From: Candidatus Omnitrophota bacterium
GTDB lineage: Bacteria; Omnitrophota; Gorgyraeia; Aquiviventales; Aquiviventaceae
Assembly (NCBI GenBank): GCA_023247255.1
Contig: JAHFGV010000006.1
Span: 14,231 to 78,230, forward strand
Reading direction: 5' to 3'
Length of the DNA stretch: 64,000 bases
Every line of letters begins with the position of its first letter. Positions within the stretch are counted from its first letter, which is position 1. Of the stretch, positions 18,679 to 28,938 are shown in pieces. The notes beneath the pieces were generated by a model. That model was given only the letters and a program-made list of their open reading frames with translations, was not told the origin of the DNA and searched no databases. The position numbers were made by a program, and so were the translations under genes.

Positions 18679-19977
18679 ATGGATATCAGCATCATTGGCT
18701 CTGGGCATGTCGGTCTTGTGAGCGGTGCTTGCTTCGCCGACTTAGGCAACCGGGTCGTTATGGTCGATAACGATTCCTCAAAGATCACCCGTTTGAAGCG
18801 AGGACAGGTCTGGTTTTATGAACCTGGCCTCAAGGAACTTGTGCGGCGTAGTCTTAAGGAACGTCGGCTGTCCTTTACCCATTCGATTGCGATGGCTGTA
18901 CGTCAATCCCAGGTAATCTTCATCTGTGTCGGGACCCCGCCGCTACCTAACGGAGAAGCGGACCTATCCAGCGTGGAGCATGTGTCCCGCGAGATCGCCC
19001 GCTCCATGAGCACTTACCGGTTGGTGGTGGAGAAAAGTACCGTGCCGGTTCAGACCGGGGAGTGGATCAAACGTACGCTGCAATCGTCGGTGCGCAAGAA
19101 CATTCCATTCGATGTGGCCTCAAATCCAGAGTTCCTTCGAGAAGGATCCGGGATTCAGGATTTTCTTCATCCGGATCGAATCGTCCTGGGTGTGGAGACT
19201 CAAAAAGCCAAGGAGTTGCTCCTGGCACTCTATGAACCTTTGAACGCGCCCATTATTGTTACTGATGTCAAAAGTGCCGAGCTGATCAAACACGCCTCCA
19301 ATTCCTTCCTGGCCTTGAAGATTTCGTTCATCAACGCGGTGGCCAGGATTTGCGAGCTTTCCGGTGCCGACGTCGTACAAGTGGCCGAGGGGATGGGAAT
19401 GGACAAGCGTATCGGCCGCTCGTTTCTCAATGCCGGGGTAGGCTACGGGGGTTCCTGTTTTCCGAAGGACGTAGCAGCCTTCATTCGTATCGCAGAGAAG
19501 CTGGGGTATGATTTTCAGTTGCTCAAAGCCGTCTCGCAGGTCAATACGGATCAACGGCACCATCTGGTCAAGCGGATTGCAAGCAGCCTCTGGAATTTGA
19601 AAGGAAAGACCATCGGTGTGCTGGGGCTTGCTTTTAAACCCGATACGGATGATCTGCGGGAGGCACCCTCCATTGAAGTGATTCGCCTGCTGCAGGAAGC
19701 GGGGGCTCGAGTCAAGGTTTTTGATCCCGAGGTGATGGCGCAGATGGATCGGTCTTTCCCAGGGGTGCTGGGTTGTCGGGATGTCTATGAAGTGGCTCGG
19801 GGTGCGGATTGTTTGGTTCTGCTGACCGAATGGAACGAATTCAAAGAATTGGATTTTAAGCGCGTCAAACGACTCATGCGTCAGCCTCTGGTCGTGGATG
19901 GGCGCAATCTTTATGAACCGCAACGATTGCGCAAACTCGGCTTCCATTATCTTGGGGTCGGAAGATCCGATAGCTAA
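18679..19977 (+). CDS. ugd: UDP-glucose 6-dehydrogenase
   Basis: IGSGHVGL, ICVGTP, KSTVP, NPEFLREG, GYGGSCFPKD, AFKPDTDDLRE. Confidence 0.95.
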   Translation: MDISIIGSGHVGLVSGACFADLGNRVVMVDNDSSKITRLKRGQVWFYEPGLKELVRRSLKERRLSFTHSIAMAVRQSQVIFICVGTPPLPNGEADLSSVEHVSREIARSMSTYRLVVEKSTVPVQTGEWIKRTLQSSVRKNIPFDVASNPEFLREGSGIQDFLHPDRIVLGVETQKAKELLLALYEPLNAPIIVTDVKSAELIKHASNSFLALKISFINAVARICELSGADVVQVAEGMGMDKRIGRSFLNAGVGYGGSCFPKDVAAFIRIAEKLGYDFQLLKAVSQVNTDQRHHLVKRIASSLWNLKGKTIGVLGLAFKPDTDDLREAPSIEVIRLLQEAGARVKVFDPEVMAQMDRSFPGVLGCRDVYEVARGADCLVLLTEWNEFKELDFKRVKRLMRQPLVVDGRNLYEPQRLRKLGFHYLGVGRSDS

Positions 19978-19996
19978 CCAGCGACCAGGGATCATA

Positions 19997-20458
19997 ATGA
20001 AGCTAATTCAGGGTGTCAAAACCAAGTCGTTGCAAGTGATTCCGGATGAGCGTGGCCGGCTCTTTGAGATCTTGCGACGGGATGAGCCTCTATTTTTAAA
20101 GTTCGGCCAGGTGTATTGCACCACGGTGGACTTCGCTGTCGTGAAGGCCTGGCATTATCACAAGCGGCAGGTGGATCACTTTGTCTGCGTGAGCGGGATG
20201 ATCAAGCTTGTGATCTATGACAGTCGCAAGGATTCGCCCACGCATGGCCGCATCAATGAATTTTTCATCGGCGTTCACAACCCGCTACTCGTTCAGATTC
20301 CTGCGCTAATCTATCATGGATTCAAGGGGCTCACCACACCTGAAGCGGTCGTGATCAACGTTCCCACCGAGCCTTATCAGCCCAAACAGCCGGATGAATA
20401 TCGGCTGGATCCGCATCAGAACGACATTCCCTATGATTGGAACCGCCGCGATGGGTGA
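19997..20458 (+). CDS. dTDP-4-dehydrorhamnose 3,5-epimerase family (RmlC-like cupin)
   Basis: DERG, VKAWHYH, DSRKDSPT, HGF. Confidence 0.88.
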   Translation: MKLIQGVKTKSLQVIPDERGRLFEILRRDEPLFLKFGQVYCTTVDFAVVKAWHYHKRQVDHFVCVSGMIKLVIYDSRKDSPTHGRINEFFIGVHNPLLVQIPALIYHGFKGLTTPEAVVINVPTEPYQPKQPDEYRLDPHQNDIPYDWNRRDG

Positions 20459-20469
20459 AACTTACATTT

Positions 20470-20555
20470 TGTGTCATGTTTCATGTGTTATGCAAAAGCG
20501 AGTAAAAGCGGATGGAAAGCTGTTTTGCTTTCCATAACACATAACACATAATACA
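20470..20555. repeat. Heptamer hairpin core of family A without terminal repeats
   Basis: TGTGTCATGTTTCATGTGTTATGCAAAAGC ... TTTTGCTTTCCATAACACATAACACATAATACA. Confidence 0.75.
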
Positions 20556-20565
20556 ATCAATCCAA

Positions 20566-21330
20566 ATGAAAGGAGTCATCCTAGCGGGGGGTCTGGGCAA
20601 GCGGCTGGGGGTGCTTACGCGCATCACAAACAAGCACCTGTTGCCCATCTATGATCGCCCCATGATTTACTATCCGCTTAAGACTCTGGTTGAGGCGGGA
20701 ATCTCCGAAATCCTGCTGGTAACCGGAGGCAACAATGCCGGGGATTTCTTGCGATTGTTAGGCAATGGCGAGGAGTTTGGCCTCAAACACCTCAACTACA
20801 CTTACCAGCGAGGGGAAGGCGGTATCGCAGAAGCCTTGAGCCTGACTGAGCATTTTGCGGCAGGGGATCAAATTACCGTGATGCTGGGGGATAACATCGT
20901 GGAGCAGAGCATCAAACGTTACGTGGATCACTTCGTCCAACAAGATAAAGGAGCTAAGATTTTGTTGAAAGCGGTCGAAGACCCCTGGCGTTTTGGCGTT
21001 GCCGAGTTGAACGGTCCTCATATCGTGGGGATTGAAGAAAAACCGAAGACGCCGAAATCGTCATACATCGTTACCGGCATTTACATGTATGATTCCCAGG
21101 TGTTCGATATTATTCGAACGCTGAAACCCTCAGGACGAGGCGAGATGGAGATAACGGATGTGAATAATGCCTACATTCGTCAGCGGCAGATGACTTACGA
21201 CACTCTGGAGGGTTGGTGGACCGATGCCGGGCTGCCAGAAACCCTCTATCGTGCCGCTACTTTAGTTAGAACACGTACCATGCAGCAGGGAGGAGTGTCT
21301 GTTCCAGAACCGCTCTGGTGTGAGCGCTGA
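20566..21330 (+). CDS. Glucose-1-phosphate thymidylyltransferase, short form (RmlA/SpsI-like)
   Basis: GVILAGGLGxRL, NKHLLPIYD, EEKP, PSGRGEMEITD. Confidence 0.92.
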   Translation: MKGVILAGGLGKRLGVLTRITNKHLLPIYDRPMIYYPLKTLVEAGISEILLVTGGNNAGDFLRLLGNGEEFGLKHLNYTYQRGEGGIAEALSLTEHFAAGDQITVMLGDNIVEQSIKRYVDHFVQQDKGAKILLKAVEDPWRFGVAELNGPHIVGIEEKPKTPKSSYIVTGIYMYDSQVFDIIRTLKPSGRGEMEITDVNNAYIRQRQMTYDTLEGWWTDAGLPETLYRAATLVRTRTMQQGGVSVPEPLWCER

Positions 21331-21394
21331 GTGACGAATGGTCAAATTCCAACTGACGGTTGCGGTTGGCGTTTCCAGGCGGATGATCGGCGAT

Positions 21395-21422
21395 CAATCG
21401 ACAATTGACAATCGACAATCGA
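21395..21422. repeat. Family B heptamer arm
   Basis: CAATCGA CAATTGA CAATCGA CAATCGA. Confidence 0.75.
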
Positions 21423-21429
21423 ACATGCA

Positions 21430-22464
21430 ATGAAGCTTCTTGTGACGGGTGGTGCCGGATTCATTGGATCTCATTTCATCCGCTTTTGGCTGAGAAGGCA
21501 TCCATCGGATGAGGTCGTCAATGTTGACCAGCTCGGTTATGCCGGTTCCTTGGAGAGGCTCACCGATGTGGAGTCTCACTCGGGATACCGTTTTGTGCGT
21601 GGGGACATCTGCGATTCTGACGCTGTGCATACGCTGATGCAAGGAGTCGATGGTGTGATTCATTTCGCCGCCCAGACACATGTCGATCGCTCGATCACGG
21701 ATGCCAGTCCTTTCCTAAGAACTAATGTGGAGGGCACGGGGGTGTTGCTCCGCCAGGCGCACGCCCAAGCGGTGCGACGGTTCATTCATGTCAGTACCGA
21801 TGAGGTGTATGGTCCTGTGCTCGATGGAGCCGTTGACGAACGGGCCGCGCTATCGCCCCGTAGTCCTTATGCGGCGAGCAAAGCGGCAGGGGATATGCTC
21901 GCCCAGTCTTTCTTCCACACCTATGGGCTCGGAGTGATCGTCGTGCGTCCGACCAACATCTTTGGCCCCGGCCAACTACCGGAGAAATTGATTCCCCTGT
22001 GCTTGACGCATGCCTATGAAGGGCGCCCGATTCCTATCTATGGAGATGGCCTGCAACGGCGGGCGTGGCTGTTTGTCGATGATTTGTGTGATGCCCTCGA
22101 GCGAATAATGGAACAGGGTTCCGCCGGCTCCATCTACAATGTCGCCAGTCCCCAGGAGCGAACGAATCTGGAGACGGTCCGCCGAATTCTTCAGTTGGTT
22201 GACCGATCCACCGATTTGATTCAGTTCGTGATGGACCGCCCGGGTCATGATCGAAGATACGCCATGGATGATCGGGCCCTATGCTTGCTTGGGTGGCAGG
22301 CCAAGACGTCGTTTGAGGAAGGACTCTCAAGTACGGTGAAGTGGTATTGGCAACACGCCGAATGGTGGCGTCCAATTGTGCAGGCCCTCCGTGAGAATCC
22401 TTATCACTGGCTCAACAGGCCTTTTGGGTCAGGCTCTGTGCAAACGTCTGGCGCAGTCGTGTGA
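21430..22464 (+). CDS. rfbB: dTDP-glucose 4,6-dehydratase
   Basis: [38 protein letters not shown]. Confidence 0.94.
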   Translation: MKLLVTGGAGFIGSHFIRFWLRRHPSDEVVNVDQLGYAGSLERLTDVESHSGYRFVRGDICDSDAVHTLMQGVDGVIHFAAQTHVDRSITDASPFLRTNVEGTGVLLRQAHAQAVRRFIHVSTDEVYGPVLDGAVDERAALSPRSPYAASKAAGDMLAQSFFHTYGLGVIVVRPTNIFGPGQLPEKLIPLCLTHAYEGRPIPIYGDGLQRRAWLFVDDLCDALERIMEQGSAGSIYNVASPQERTNLETVRRILQLVDRSTDLIQFVMDRPGHDRRYAMDDRALCLLGWQAKTSFEEGLSSTVKWYWQHAEWWRPIVQALRENPYHWLNRPFGSGSVQTSGAVV

Positions 22465-23290
22465 CGTCACTGGACTTTCTCGCCGTGGCGTACTTTCAGA
22501 AAGGCCGGTGGGACGTCAGTTGCTTTGCGATTTGTCAGACGCCCGGCGCACAGTTTCTGTGATCCGAGAGTATTTACCTGACGTTGTCGTGCATGCGCAG
22601 GCCCTTTCGGATGTTGAACGCTGCGAACGGAATCCCCACCTGGCGCAGGCCATGAATGTGACGGCCTTGAGCCACGTAGTCCAGGCGTTAGAAGGCTTAC
22701 CGACTTTGCTGATTGCACTCAGCTCAGATTACGTATTCGATGGAAGCAAGCTTGCTCCGTATGAAGAGGCCGATGAGCCTCATCCGATCAGTGTGTATGG
22801 ACGAACCAAGTGGCAAGGTGAGCAGGTAACGCTGAGTCGTTCGCAATCCCTAATCGTGCGCACCAGCACCTTATTCGGTCTCGGCCGCGTGAATTTTTGT
22901 GACCATATCGTTACGCAGCTCGCAAATGGAAAGACCCTGGATGCTTTCGACGACCAGGTGACATCGCCGACCTACACCGAGGATCTGGCATCGGCGATCC
23001 AGGCGTTGATCGAGGTTTTGCCAACCTGCGAGCTTTCGGGCCTGTCATCACGGATCATCCATATCGCCAATGCCGGTGCTTGCCGTCGGCTGGATTTCGC
23101 GTACCAGATAGCCGATGAACTGGCATGTTCCCGAACACAGATCCGGGCAGTCTCCATGGTTCACAGCGGCCTCGTTGCCCAGCGGCCGCGTTACTCGGCT
23201 TTAGCCACAACGTATATCGCCCATTTAATTGGAAGGGGTCTCCGTCCATGGCAAGACGCGCTCAAGGAGTATCTCAGTCAACGTCATTAA
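22391..23290 (+). CDS. rfbD: dTDP-4-dehydrorhamnose reductase
   Basis: ITGSTGLLG, SSDYVFDG, YGRTK, DQVTSPT, RPRYSAL. Confidence 0.9.
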   Translation: MRILITGSTGLLGQALCKRLAQSCDVTGLSRRGVLSERPVGRQLLCDLSDARRTVSVIREYLPDVVVHAQALSDVERCERNPHLAQAMNVTALSHVVQALEGLPTLLIALSSDYVFDGSKLAPYEEADEPHPISVYGRTKWQGEQVTLSRSQSLIVRTSTLFGLGRVNFCDHIVTQLANGKTLDAFDDQVTSPTYTEDLASAIQALIEVLPTCELSGLSSRIIHIANAGACRRLDFAYQIADELACSRTQIRAVSMVHSGLVAQRPRYSALATTYIAHLIGRGLRPWQDALKEYLSQRH

Positions 23291-24594
23291 CCGAATTGAG
23301 CCAGCGCATCAAACAGCGAAAGGCTCACATTGGCCTCATCGGGTTAGGCTATGTCGGCCTGCCTTTGGCCGTTGAATTCGCCCGCGAGGGATTTCGTGTG
23401 ACCGGAATCGATCTGGATCAAAGCCGGGTGGAAGGGGTTCTTCACGCGCGGTCCTACATTCTGGATGTATCCAGTGAAGATCTCCGTCACCTGCGGCAAT
23501 CGGGCCGGTTGCAGGCAACTGCCTCCTTCGATGTGCTCCGAGGACAGGATGCCATCATCATCTGTGTGCCCACGCCGCTGCGCAAGACCCGTGAGCCGGA
23601 TATGTCTTATATCCTTTCCGCGACGGAACAAATTGCCCGACGGGTGCGCAAGGGACAGCTGATCGTTCTGGAGAGCACCACCTATCCGGGAACCACCGAG
23701 GAAGTCATTCTCCCCGCCCTTGAGGCGCAAGGGTTGAAGGTGGGCAGAGACTTCTGCCTGGCCTTTTCCCCGGAAAGGATCGATCCGGGCAACTCTGTTT
23801 ATACCACGCGCACGATTCCTAAGGTGATCGGAGGCATTACTCCCGCTTGCACGCGGCTGGCCCAAGAACTCTATGGCTCGGTGATTCACAAGACCGTTTG
23901 TGTCTCTTCAGCCAAGGTGGCGGAGATGGTCAAGCTGCTGGAGAATACCTTTCGGGCTGTGAACATCGGGTTGGTCAATGAGATTGCGTTGATCTGCAAT
24001 CGATTGGGCATCGACGCATGGGAAGTAATCGAAGCGGCAAAGACCAAGCCGTTCGGGTTCATGCCCTTTTATCCAGGGCCAGGCATCGGCGGACATTGCA
24101 TTCCATCAGATCCGATGTACCTCGCATGGAAAGTGCGGGTTCACGGGTTTGAAGCGCGATTCATTGAACTGGCGACTCAGATCAATGGCGCGATGCCGGA
24201 ATATGTCGTTGAGAAAGTGGTTTCCGTTCTGAATGATCGGAGAAAGCCGCTCAAGGGTTCCCAGGTGCTTCTTCTGGGCCTTGCGTATAAAAAGGATGTT
24301 AGCGACCTGCGGGATTCTCCGGCCTTTGACGTCGCCCGCCTGTTGGAGGAACGCGGAGCCTCAGTGGGCTATCACGATCCTTATGTCGAGTCGGTTCAAT
24401 TGAACGGAACCAAGCAGATCTCTCAACCATTGACAGAATCGGTGCTGCGACGATCCGACTGTGTGGTTTTGCTAACCAATCATTCGCAAGTGGATTACGG
24501 CTTTGTTTTAAAACACGCCCCTGTGATTGTGGATACGCGCAATCAGTATCGGCAACTGTCCCGATCCGCCACTGGGCGAGTCGTCAAGCTCTGA
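23248..24594 (+). CDS. UDP-N-acetylglucosamine 6-dehydrogenase (WbpA/WecC family)
   Basis: GLGYVGLP, CVPTP, ESTTYPGTT, SPERIDPG, GIGGHC, AYKKDVSDLR. Confidence 0.93.
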   Translation: MARRAQGVSQSTSLTELSQRIKQRKAHIGLIGLGYVGLPLAVEFAREGFRVTGIDLDQSRVEGVLHARSYILDVSSEDLRHLRQSGRLQATASFDVLRGQDAIIICVPTPLRKTREPDMSYILSATEQIARRVRKGQLIVLESTTYPGTTEEVILPALEAQGLKVGRDFCLAFSPERIDPGNSVYTTRTIPKVIGGITPACTRLAQELYGSVIHKTVCVSSAKVAEMVKLLENTFRAVNIGLVNEIALICNRLGIDAWEVIEAAKTKPFGFMPFYPGPGIGGHCIPSDPMYLAWKVRVHGFEARFIELATQINGAMPEYVVEKVVSVLNDRRKPLKGSQVLLLGLAYKKDVSDLRDSPAFDVARLLEERGASVGYHDPYVESVQLNGTKQISQPLTESVLRRSDCVVLLTNHSQVDYGFVLKHAPVIVDTRNQYRQLSRSATGRVVKL

Positions 24595-24693
24595 TGATGC
24601 AAAAAAATCGCTGCGCTTTTTCTGCCTGTTTTGCGGACATATGCTGGTGGACAGAACCGCCAGTGCCGGTGCGACTGATTTCACCAAGACCAG

Positions 24694-24735
24694 CCTTCTA
24701 CGGACTCGACGAGCCTCTCGCAGTGGCACCCCCAC
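24694..24735 (-). repeat. About 40-bp dispersed repeat, family E
   Basis: Reverse complement GTGGGGGTGCCACTGCGAGAGGCTCGTCGAGTCCGTAGAAGG resembles 42870-42909. Confidence 0.65.
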
Positions 24736-24940
24736 GGGGCTAGGGGTATCCAGTGGGAAGGGCACGAGTAAGGATTTTTTCTGTGACGGCTGTGACGCTT
24801 GTTTTGTGGCGCAACGCGATCCAGAAGGCTGTGTGATCGGCCTGCAGGTAATCCATTGTGGTACCCCAGGCTGTTGTCAGTCATTACCTAGAGCTGGAGG
24901 CTGTATGGAAAAACACTCTCGTGCTTTGTCGGGGTAGACG

Positions 24941-25870
24941 ATGACGCGCTATCTGGTTACGGGTGGAGCAGGATTCATAGGCTCACATATTGTGGATCGG
25001 CTGGTGGCTCAAAACCATCAGGTCCGCGTTTTGGATGATCTGTCTTGCGGACGACTCGAAAACTTAGACTCTGTCCGCGACCGAATCGAGTGGATGAAAG
25101 CGGATATCTGTGATCGTCAGGCTGTCGCTTGTGCGGTTGAGGGAAGCCAGCGCGTCATCCATGCAGCCGCCTGGAGAAGTGTTCCGAAATCGATGGCCGA
25201 TGCCTGGGGATATACACAGGTCAATGTCTTGGGAACGGTCAACCTGCTTGAGGCCGCCTCCAAGGCCAAGGTCGAACGCTTTGTCTGTGTTTCCTCAAGC
25301 TCCGTCTATGGCTTGAGTGACCAAATTCCCATGCGTGAAGAGCAGCCGGCACTACCCATTTCCCCTTACGCGGCATCCAAACTTGCCGATGAGTTGTTCT
25401 GTGGGCTGTTTGCCAGGAGCTTCAACCTACAGACAACAGCGGTGCGCTATTTCAATGTCTTCGGCCCTCGTCAGAGTCTGGACAACGACTACGCGGTTGT
25501 GATTCCTAAATTCATCAGTTGTCTGCTGAAAGGCCAATCCCCTCCGATTTACGGCGATGGCCGGCAATCCAGGGATTTTACCTACGTGGATAACGTCGCT
25601 GAAGGAACGATTCTAGCTTCTCAGGTTCCAGGAGTCAGTGGGGAGGTTTTCAATCTCGCTTTGGGTGAGGAGCATACGGTGTTGGAACTGCTGGAAGAAC
25701 TCAACAAGATAATGGGATTGAAAATCGCTCCCCTGTTTAAACCTGCCCGAGCCGGGGATGTTTTGCGAACATTAGCGGACTCCTCCAAGGCCAAACACCT
25801 GCTGGGATGGAAAGCCTGCGTGTCTTTTTCCGAAGGACTGCGTCGAACCGTCGATTGGTTTCGTCTTTAA
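24941..25870 (+). CDS. NAD-dependent UDP-sugar 4-epimerase (WbpP-like SDR)
   Basis: [40 protein letters not shown]. Confidence 0.9.
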   Translation: MTRYLVTGGAGFIGSHIVDRLVAQNHQVRVLDDLSCGRLENLDSVRDRIEWMKADICDRQAVACAVEGSQRVIHAAAWRSVPKSMADAWGYTQVNVLGTVNLLEAASKAKVERFVCVSSSSVYGLSDQIPMREEQPALPISPYAASKLADELFCGLFARSFNLQTTAVRYFNVFGPRQSLDNDYAVVIPKFISCLLKGQSPPIYGDGRQSRDFTYVDNVAEGTILASQVPGVSGEVFNLALGEEHTVLELLEELNKIMGLKIAPLFKPARAGDVLRTLADSSKAKHLLGWKACVSFSEGLRRTVDWFRL

Positions 25871-25893
25871 CAAACAGCACATAGCACTTAGTA

Positions 25894-26165
25894 CTGGGCT
25901 TTTGCAAAAATAGCCAACGCGTCGACCGAGTATTGTGTCCTATTCCAAGAGAAGCAATGAGGATTGTGTCATGTTCCTAAGATCCAGTACTCACGTCTGT
26001 GTCATGTTTCATGTATCATGAAAAAGCAGAAAATAAACAGGTACCTCAAGCACGGCCAAAGTACGCCTTTTGCTTTCCATGACTCATGACACATGAAACA
26101 TGAAACAGTCCTTCATGACACCTGACACATGACTCATGAAACAGACGTAAGTACTGGAGCTTAGG
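25894..26165 (+). mobile_element. Mosaic family A copy with a second, inner inverted-repeat pair
   Basis: Left end CTGGGCTTTTGCAAAAAT; inner CCTAAGATCCAGTACTCACGTCTG (25976) and CAGACGTAAGTACTGGAGCTTAGG (to 26165) enclose the heptamer core; no outer right end. Confidence 0.82.
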
Positions 26166-26254
26166 ATCATGATTTACTTTCTTCTTGGCACTGGTCGTTT
26201 TCCCTTATCTCTCCCCCCACACCCCGCGCCCCTTATTGGTACTGCTCACTAACA

Positions 26255-27373
26255 ATGTCTGTTCCATTCATTGACCTTAAAGCGCAATACAAGACTATCA
26301 AGCGGGAAGTGTCTGAGGCGATCCAGCGTGTCCTTGATAGTGGCCAGTTCATCCTTGGGCCGGAGGTGGAGTCCCTGGAGCAGGAGATCGCCGGCTATTG
26401 CCAGACAAAATTTGCGGTTGCCGTCGCTTCAGGGACGGATGCTTTGGAACTTTCCTTGCGCTCTTGTGGTGTGGGGCCAGGGGATGAGGTCATCACCCCG
26501 GCGTACGGTTTTATCGCAGCCGCAGAAGCCATCGTAACGGTTGGGGCAGTGCCTGTGTTCGTGGACATTGAGTCTGCTACGTATACCTTGGATGTTTCTG
26601 CGATCGAGTCTAAGATCAGCACACGGACGAAAGCCATTCTCCCCGTGCATCTCTACGGACATCCTTGTGCGATGGATCCTATCCTGGCGGTTGCCCAGAG
26701 GCATTCGTTGAGGATCATTGAGGATTGTGCCCAGGCGATTGGAGCCATGACCGGTGGCCGCAAGGTTGGAGGGATCGGTCACATCGGATGCTTAAGTTTC
26801 TATCCCACGAAAAATCTGGGCGGCTATGGCGATGGCGGAATGGTGGTGACCAATGATGCCGACATCGCCGATCAGATCCGTTTGCTTCGCGGTCATGGCA
26901 GCCGAGAGCGCTACCAGCACCGGATGATCGGTCGAAACAGCCGCTTGGATGAGCTTCAGGCAGCGATTCTTAGGGTGAAACTACGGCATCTTGACTCATG
27001 GAACGAAGCCCGCCGTAACCGAGCGCTTCGCTATACCCAACAGTTTTCCAAGAGGCCTATCCCTGGACTGATCCTACCTCAGGAGCTGAGCGGATGCCGT
27101 CATGTGTATCATTTGTATACCTTACGCACACCTCAACGAGAAGCCATCCAGCAGAGATTAGCTGGCTTGGGTGTGGAAACTCAGGTTGCCTATCCCCAAC
27201 CTTTAACCGCACAGCCCGCGCTTTCCCCTTGGATTCCCAAAAATTGTCACTGGCCTAGCTCTGAGGCAATCTGCCGGGAGGTTTTATCAGTCCCTATCTA
27301 TCCTGAACTGACTGCCGAACAAGTAGACTGGGTCGTGGAAACCTTCTTTCAAGCGCTGGATAAAGCTGGGTAA
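26255..27373 (+). CDS. DegT/DnrJ/EryC1/StrS sugar aminotransferase
   Basis: SGTDAL, PVHLYG, IEDCAQA, SFYPTKNLG, NSRLDELQAA. Confidence 0.93.
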   Translation: MSVPFIDLKAQYKTIKREVSEAIQRVLDSGQFILGPEVESLEQEIAGYCQTKFAVAVASGTDALELSLRSCGVGPGDEVITPAYGFIAAAEAIVTVGAVPVFVDIESATYTLDVSAIESKISTRTKAILPVHLYGHPCAMDPILAVAQRHSLRIIEDCAQAIGAMTGGRKVGGIGHIGCLSFYPTKNLGGYGDGGMVVTNDADIADQIRLLRGHGSRERYQHRMIGRNSRLDELQAAILRVKLRHLDSWNEARRNRALRYTQQFSKRPIPGLILPQELSGCRHVYHLYTLRTPQREAIQQRLAGLGVETQVAYPQPLTAQPALSPWIPKNCHWPSSEAICREVLSVPIYPELTAEQVDWVVETFFQALDKAG

Positions 27374-27382
27374 AACCGCCGC

Positions 27383-28348
27383 TTGACGGACTACTGGAAA
27401 AATATGCAGATTCTAATTACAGGGGGAGCTGGATTTATAGGATCGCACTTGTGCGATCGGTTTATTGCGGATAAGCACAAGGTGATCTGCGTGGACAATT
27501 TCATCACCGGTGTTGAAGCCAACATCGCTCATCTCATTGGACGTCCTGCCTTCCGTCTTATTCGCCACGACATTACAAAACCTCTCGAGATTTCCGATTC
27601 TCTCGACTATGTGCTGCACTTTGCTTCTCCCGCAAGTCCCATCGATTATCTGAAATACCCCATTCAAACGCTTAAGGTAGGATCCCTGGGAACCCTAAAC
27701 GCTTTAGGCATTGCCAAAGCGAAAAGAGCGAAGTTTCTCCTGGCCTCAACATCCGAAGTCTACGGTGATCCTCAAGTTCATCCTCAGCCAGAGACCTACT
27801 GGGGCCATGTGAATCCGGTTGGACCTCGAGGAGTTTACGATGAAGCCAAGCGGTGTTCTGAGGCTTTCACCATGGCCTATCATCGGGAACACGGGCTGGA
27901 TAGTCGCATCGTCAGAATCTTCAACACCTATGGTCCCCGGATGCGAATGAACGATGGTCGTGCCATTCCCGCATTCATCACGCAGGCGCTGGAGGCAAAG
28001 CCCTTGACCGTTTTTGGAGATGGTTCTCAGACCCGAAGTTTCTGTTATATCGATGATCTCATTGAGGGTATCGTCAGGCTAATGGCCGCCGATTTCAATG
28101 ATCCTGTCAATCTGGGCAATGCCGAGGAATGGACGATTGCCCAACTGGCCCAGGCCGTTTTAAAACTCATCCAGGGCTCGGCAGATGCCTTGAAATTCCA
28201 GCCTCTTCCGATCGACGACCCCAGACAACGCAGGCCTGATTTGGCTCAGGCAAAGAGCTTGCTGAAATGGGAGCCCAAGGTTAGCCTCAAGGAAGGGCTG
28301 ACGAGCACCGTCGGGTGGTTTCGGCAACAACTGCCGATTGCTCGATGA
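27383..28348 (+). CDS. UDP-glucuronate decarboxylase-like SDR
   Basis: [41 protein letters not shown]; start may be ATG 27404. Confidence 0.92.
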   Translation: MTDYWKNMQILITGGAGFIGSHLCDRFIADKHKVICVDNFITGVEANIAHLIGRPAFRLIRHDITKPLEISDSLDYVLHFASPASPIDYLKYPIQTLKVGSLGTLNALGIAKAKRAKFLLASTSEVYGDPQVHPQPETYWGHVNPVGPRGVYDEAKRCSEAFTMAYHREHGLDSRIVRIFNTYGPRMRMNDGRAIPAFITQALEAKPLTVFGDGSQTRSFCYIDDLIEGIVRLMAADFNDPVNLGNAEEWTIAQLAQAVLKLIQGSADALKFQPLPIDDPRQRRPDLAQAKSLLKWEPKVSLKEGLTSTVGWFRQQLPIAR

Positions 28349-28938
28349 TGGACGTTGCCTCTCAGGGTGGTTTGCCTTCACGCTTTTATGGCTTCAAAGT
28401 ATCCCTCCGCGTTTGTCTGCTGAATTTCAGTAGTGTCCCATTGTTTTTGAGATTTTATTGCTCTTCTCGTCGATAAAGTTCGCCGAAACGGTTGAATCGA
28501 CTTCAAGCAAAGATCATGTTTTTATGACAGAGCTCAACGAGAACGCCTTCGAAAATTGAAACGTTGGGACAGCAGTGGCTGAATTTAGGGTATTCCATAC
28601 GACCTACGTTCGGAAGATCTCTTCTCCGGAGAGAGTAAGTCTGAATCCTACCACAAGCTGGAAGTTCAGAGTTGTTAACGGAAGCCTTCAAGACGATTCG
28701 ATGCTCAGCCTCAATGGTATTAACATTCCAGCGATAAATAAACCTATTGCATAATTGGTTTTTCAAGCACCACGTCCGACAGAGTTTGAGCACAGAAAAC
28801 TTATTGCGCAACAGGTCTAATGTGTGATTGCAAGAGCTGACCCCTTCTTCTTGGAGTAGTCCAAATAACCTGTGCTTGTGCAAGTTGCAGACTACAAGCC
28901 TCAAGATCAAAGAGCATCTAGGGTGAAGTTAGCGGACA

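Noticed and set aside
24527-24937. 136-aa Cys-rich ORF
   Set aside because: It overlaps the upstream gene, spans a family E repeat and has no family signature.
28503-28910. 135-aa minus-strand ORF before the SIR2 gene
   Set aside because: No motif or clear RBS; I cannot support it as a gene, though the region remains unexplained.
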